This document shows positions 63,201 to 64,000 of a stretch of DNA of 64,000 nucleotides, in pieces (position 1 is the stretch's first letter; every line of letters begins with the position of its first letter). The notes beneath the pieces are model-generated. The model saw only the letters and a list, made by a program, of their open reading frames with translations, was not told the origin of the DNA and searched no databases. Made by a program: the position numbers and the translations under genes. The stretch is from Squalus acanthias (taxonomy: Eukaryota): positions 248,001 to 312,000 of the forward strand of contig JASTWF010000109.1 of the NCBI GenBank assembly GCA_030390025.1, written 5' to 3'.

Positions 63201-64000
63201 TATAGTAATGTTCCCTCTAAACGGTCCCATCAAACACTCCTAATGCAGGTACAGCAAGCGTTAGATACAGAGTTAATCTCCCTCCACACTTACCCATCAA
63301 ACACTCTCAGGACAGATACAGCAAGGATTAGATAAAGATTAATCTCCCTCTACACTTTCACATCAAACACTCCCAGGGCCGACTCAGTAACGGTTAGATC
63401 AGAGTAAAGCATCCCTCTGCACTGCCCCATCAAACGTTCCCAGGACAGGAACAGCAAGGGTAGATACAGAGCAAAGGTACCTCTAAACTGTCCCATCAAT
63501 CACTCCCAAGGCAGGGACAGCATGGTTTAAATACATAGTAAAGTTCCCTCTAAGCTGTCCCATCAAACACTCCTAGGGCAGGTGCAGCCTGTGTTAGATA
63601 CAGTGTAAAGGTCCCTCACAACTTTCCCATCAATCACTACCAGGGCAGGGACAGCACGGATTTGATACAGTTTAAATGGCACTCTGCACTTTCCCAGCAA
63701 ACACTCCCAGGGCAGCTACAGCAAAGGTTAGATACAGAGTAAATCTCGCTCTACAATGTCACGTCAAATACTCCCAGGGCCGGTACAGCAAGGGTTAGAT
63801 ACAGAGTGAAGGTCCCCCTAAACAGTCCCATCAATCACTTCAAGGGCAGGGATAGCACGTGTTAGATACAGAGTAAATGCCTCTATAAACTGTCCCATCA
63901 TTCCCTCCCAGGTCTGGGACAGCACGTGTCAGATACAGAGTAAATGTCCCTATAAACTGTCCCATCATTCCCTCCCAGGTCTGGGACAGCACTGGTTAAA
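60260..64000 (+). repeat. 67-bp satellite array running off the window end
   Basis: Same unit. Confidence 0.95.

Overview
Cartilaginous-fish (shark-type) genomic DNA containing one complete, unrearranged immunoglobulin mu heavy-chain cluster on the minus strand. Order: leader (42003-42048), VH, D1, D2, JH, Cmu1, Cmu2, [Cmu3a, Cmu4a], [Cmu3b, Cmu4b+secretory tail], TM1, TM2. All exons are open with canonical GT/AG sites, and the RSSs obey the 12/23(22) rule. The main anomaly is a diverged tandem duplication (offset ~4.3 kb) of the Cmu3-Cmu4-polyA unit. All C exons are phase 1, so the locus could encode a six-C-domain mu chain as well as 4-domain and membrane variants. The upstream copy has a 1-nt-shifted secretory tail (GKQCL*), which may be real or a sequencing error. 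The rest of the window is repeats: degenerate CR1/L2-type LINEs, Deu-domain SINEs, palindromic Penelope-like elements, tandem arrays (17, 27, 38, ~50, 57, 67 bp) and a run of Ns. Family assignments come from recognising motifs and recalled homologues, not from database searches. Repeat boundaries are approximate.
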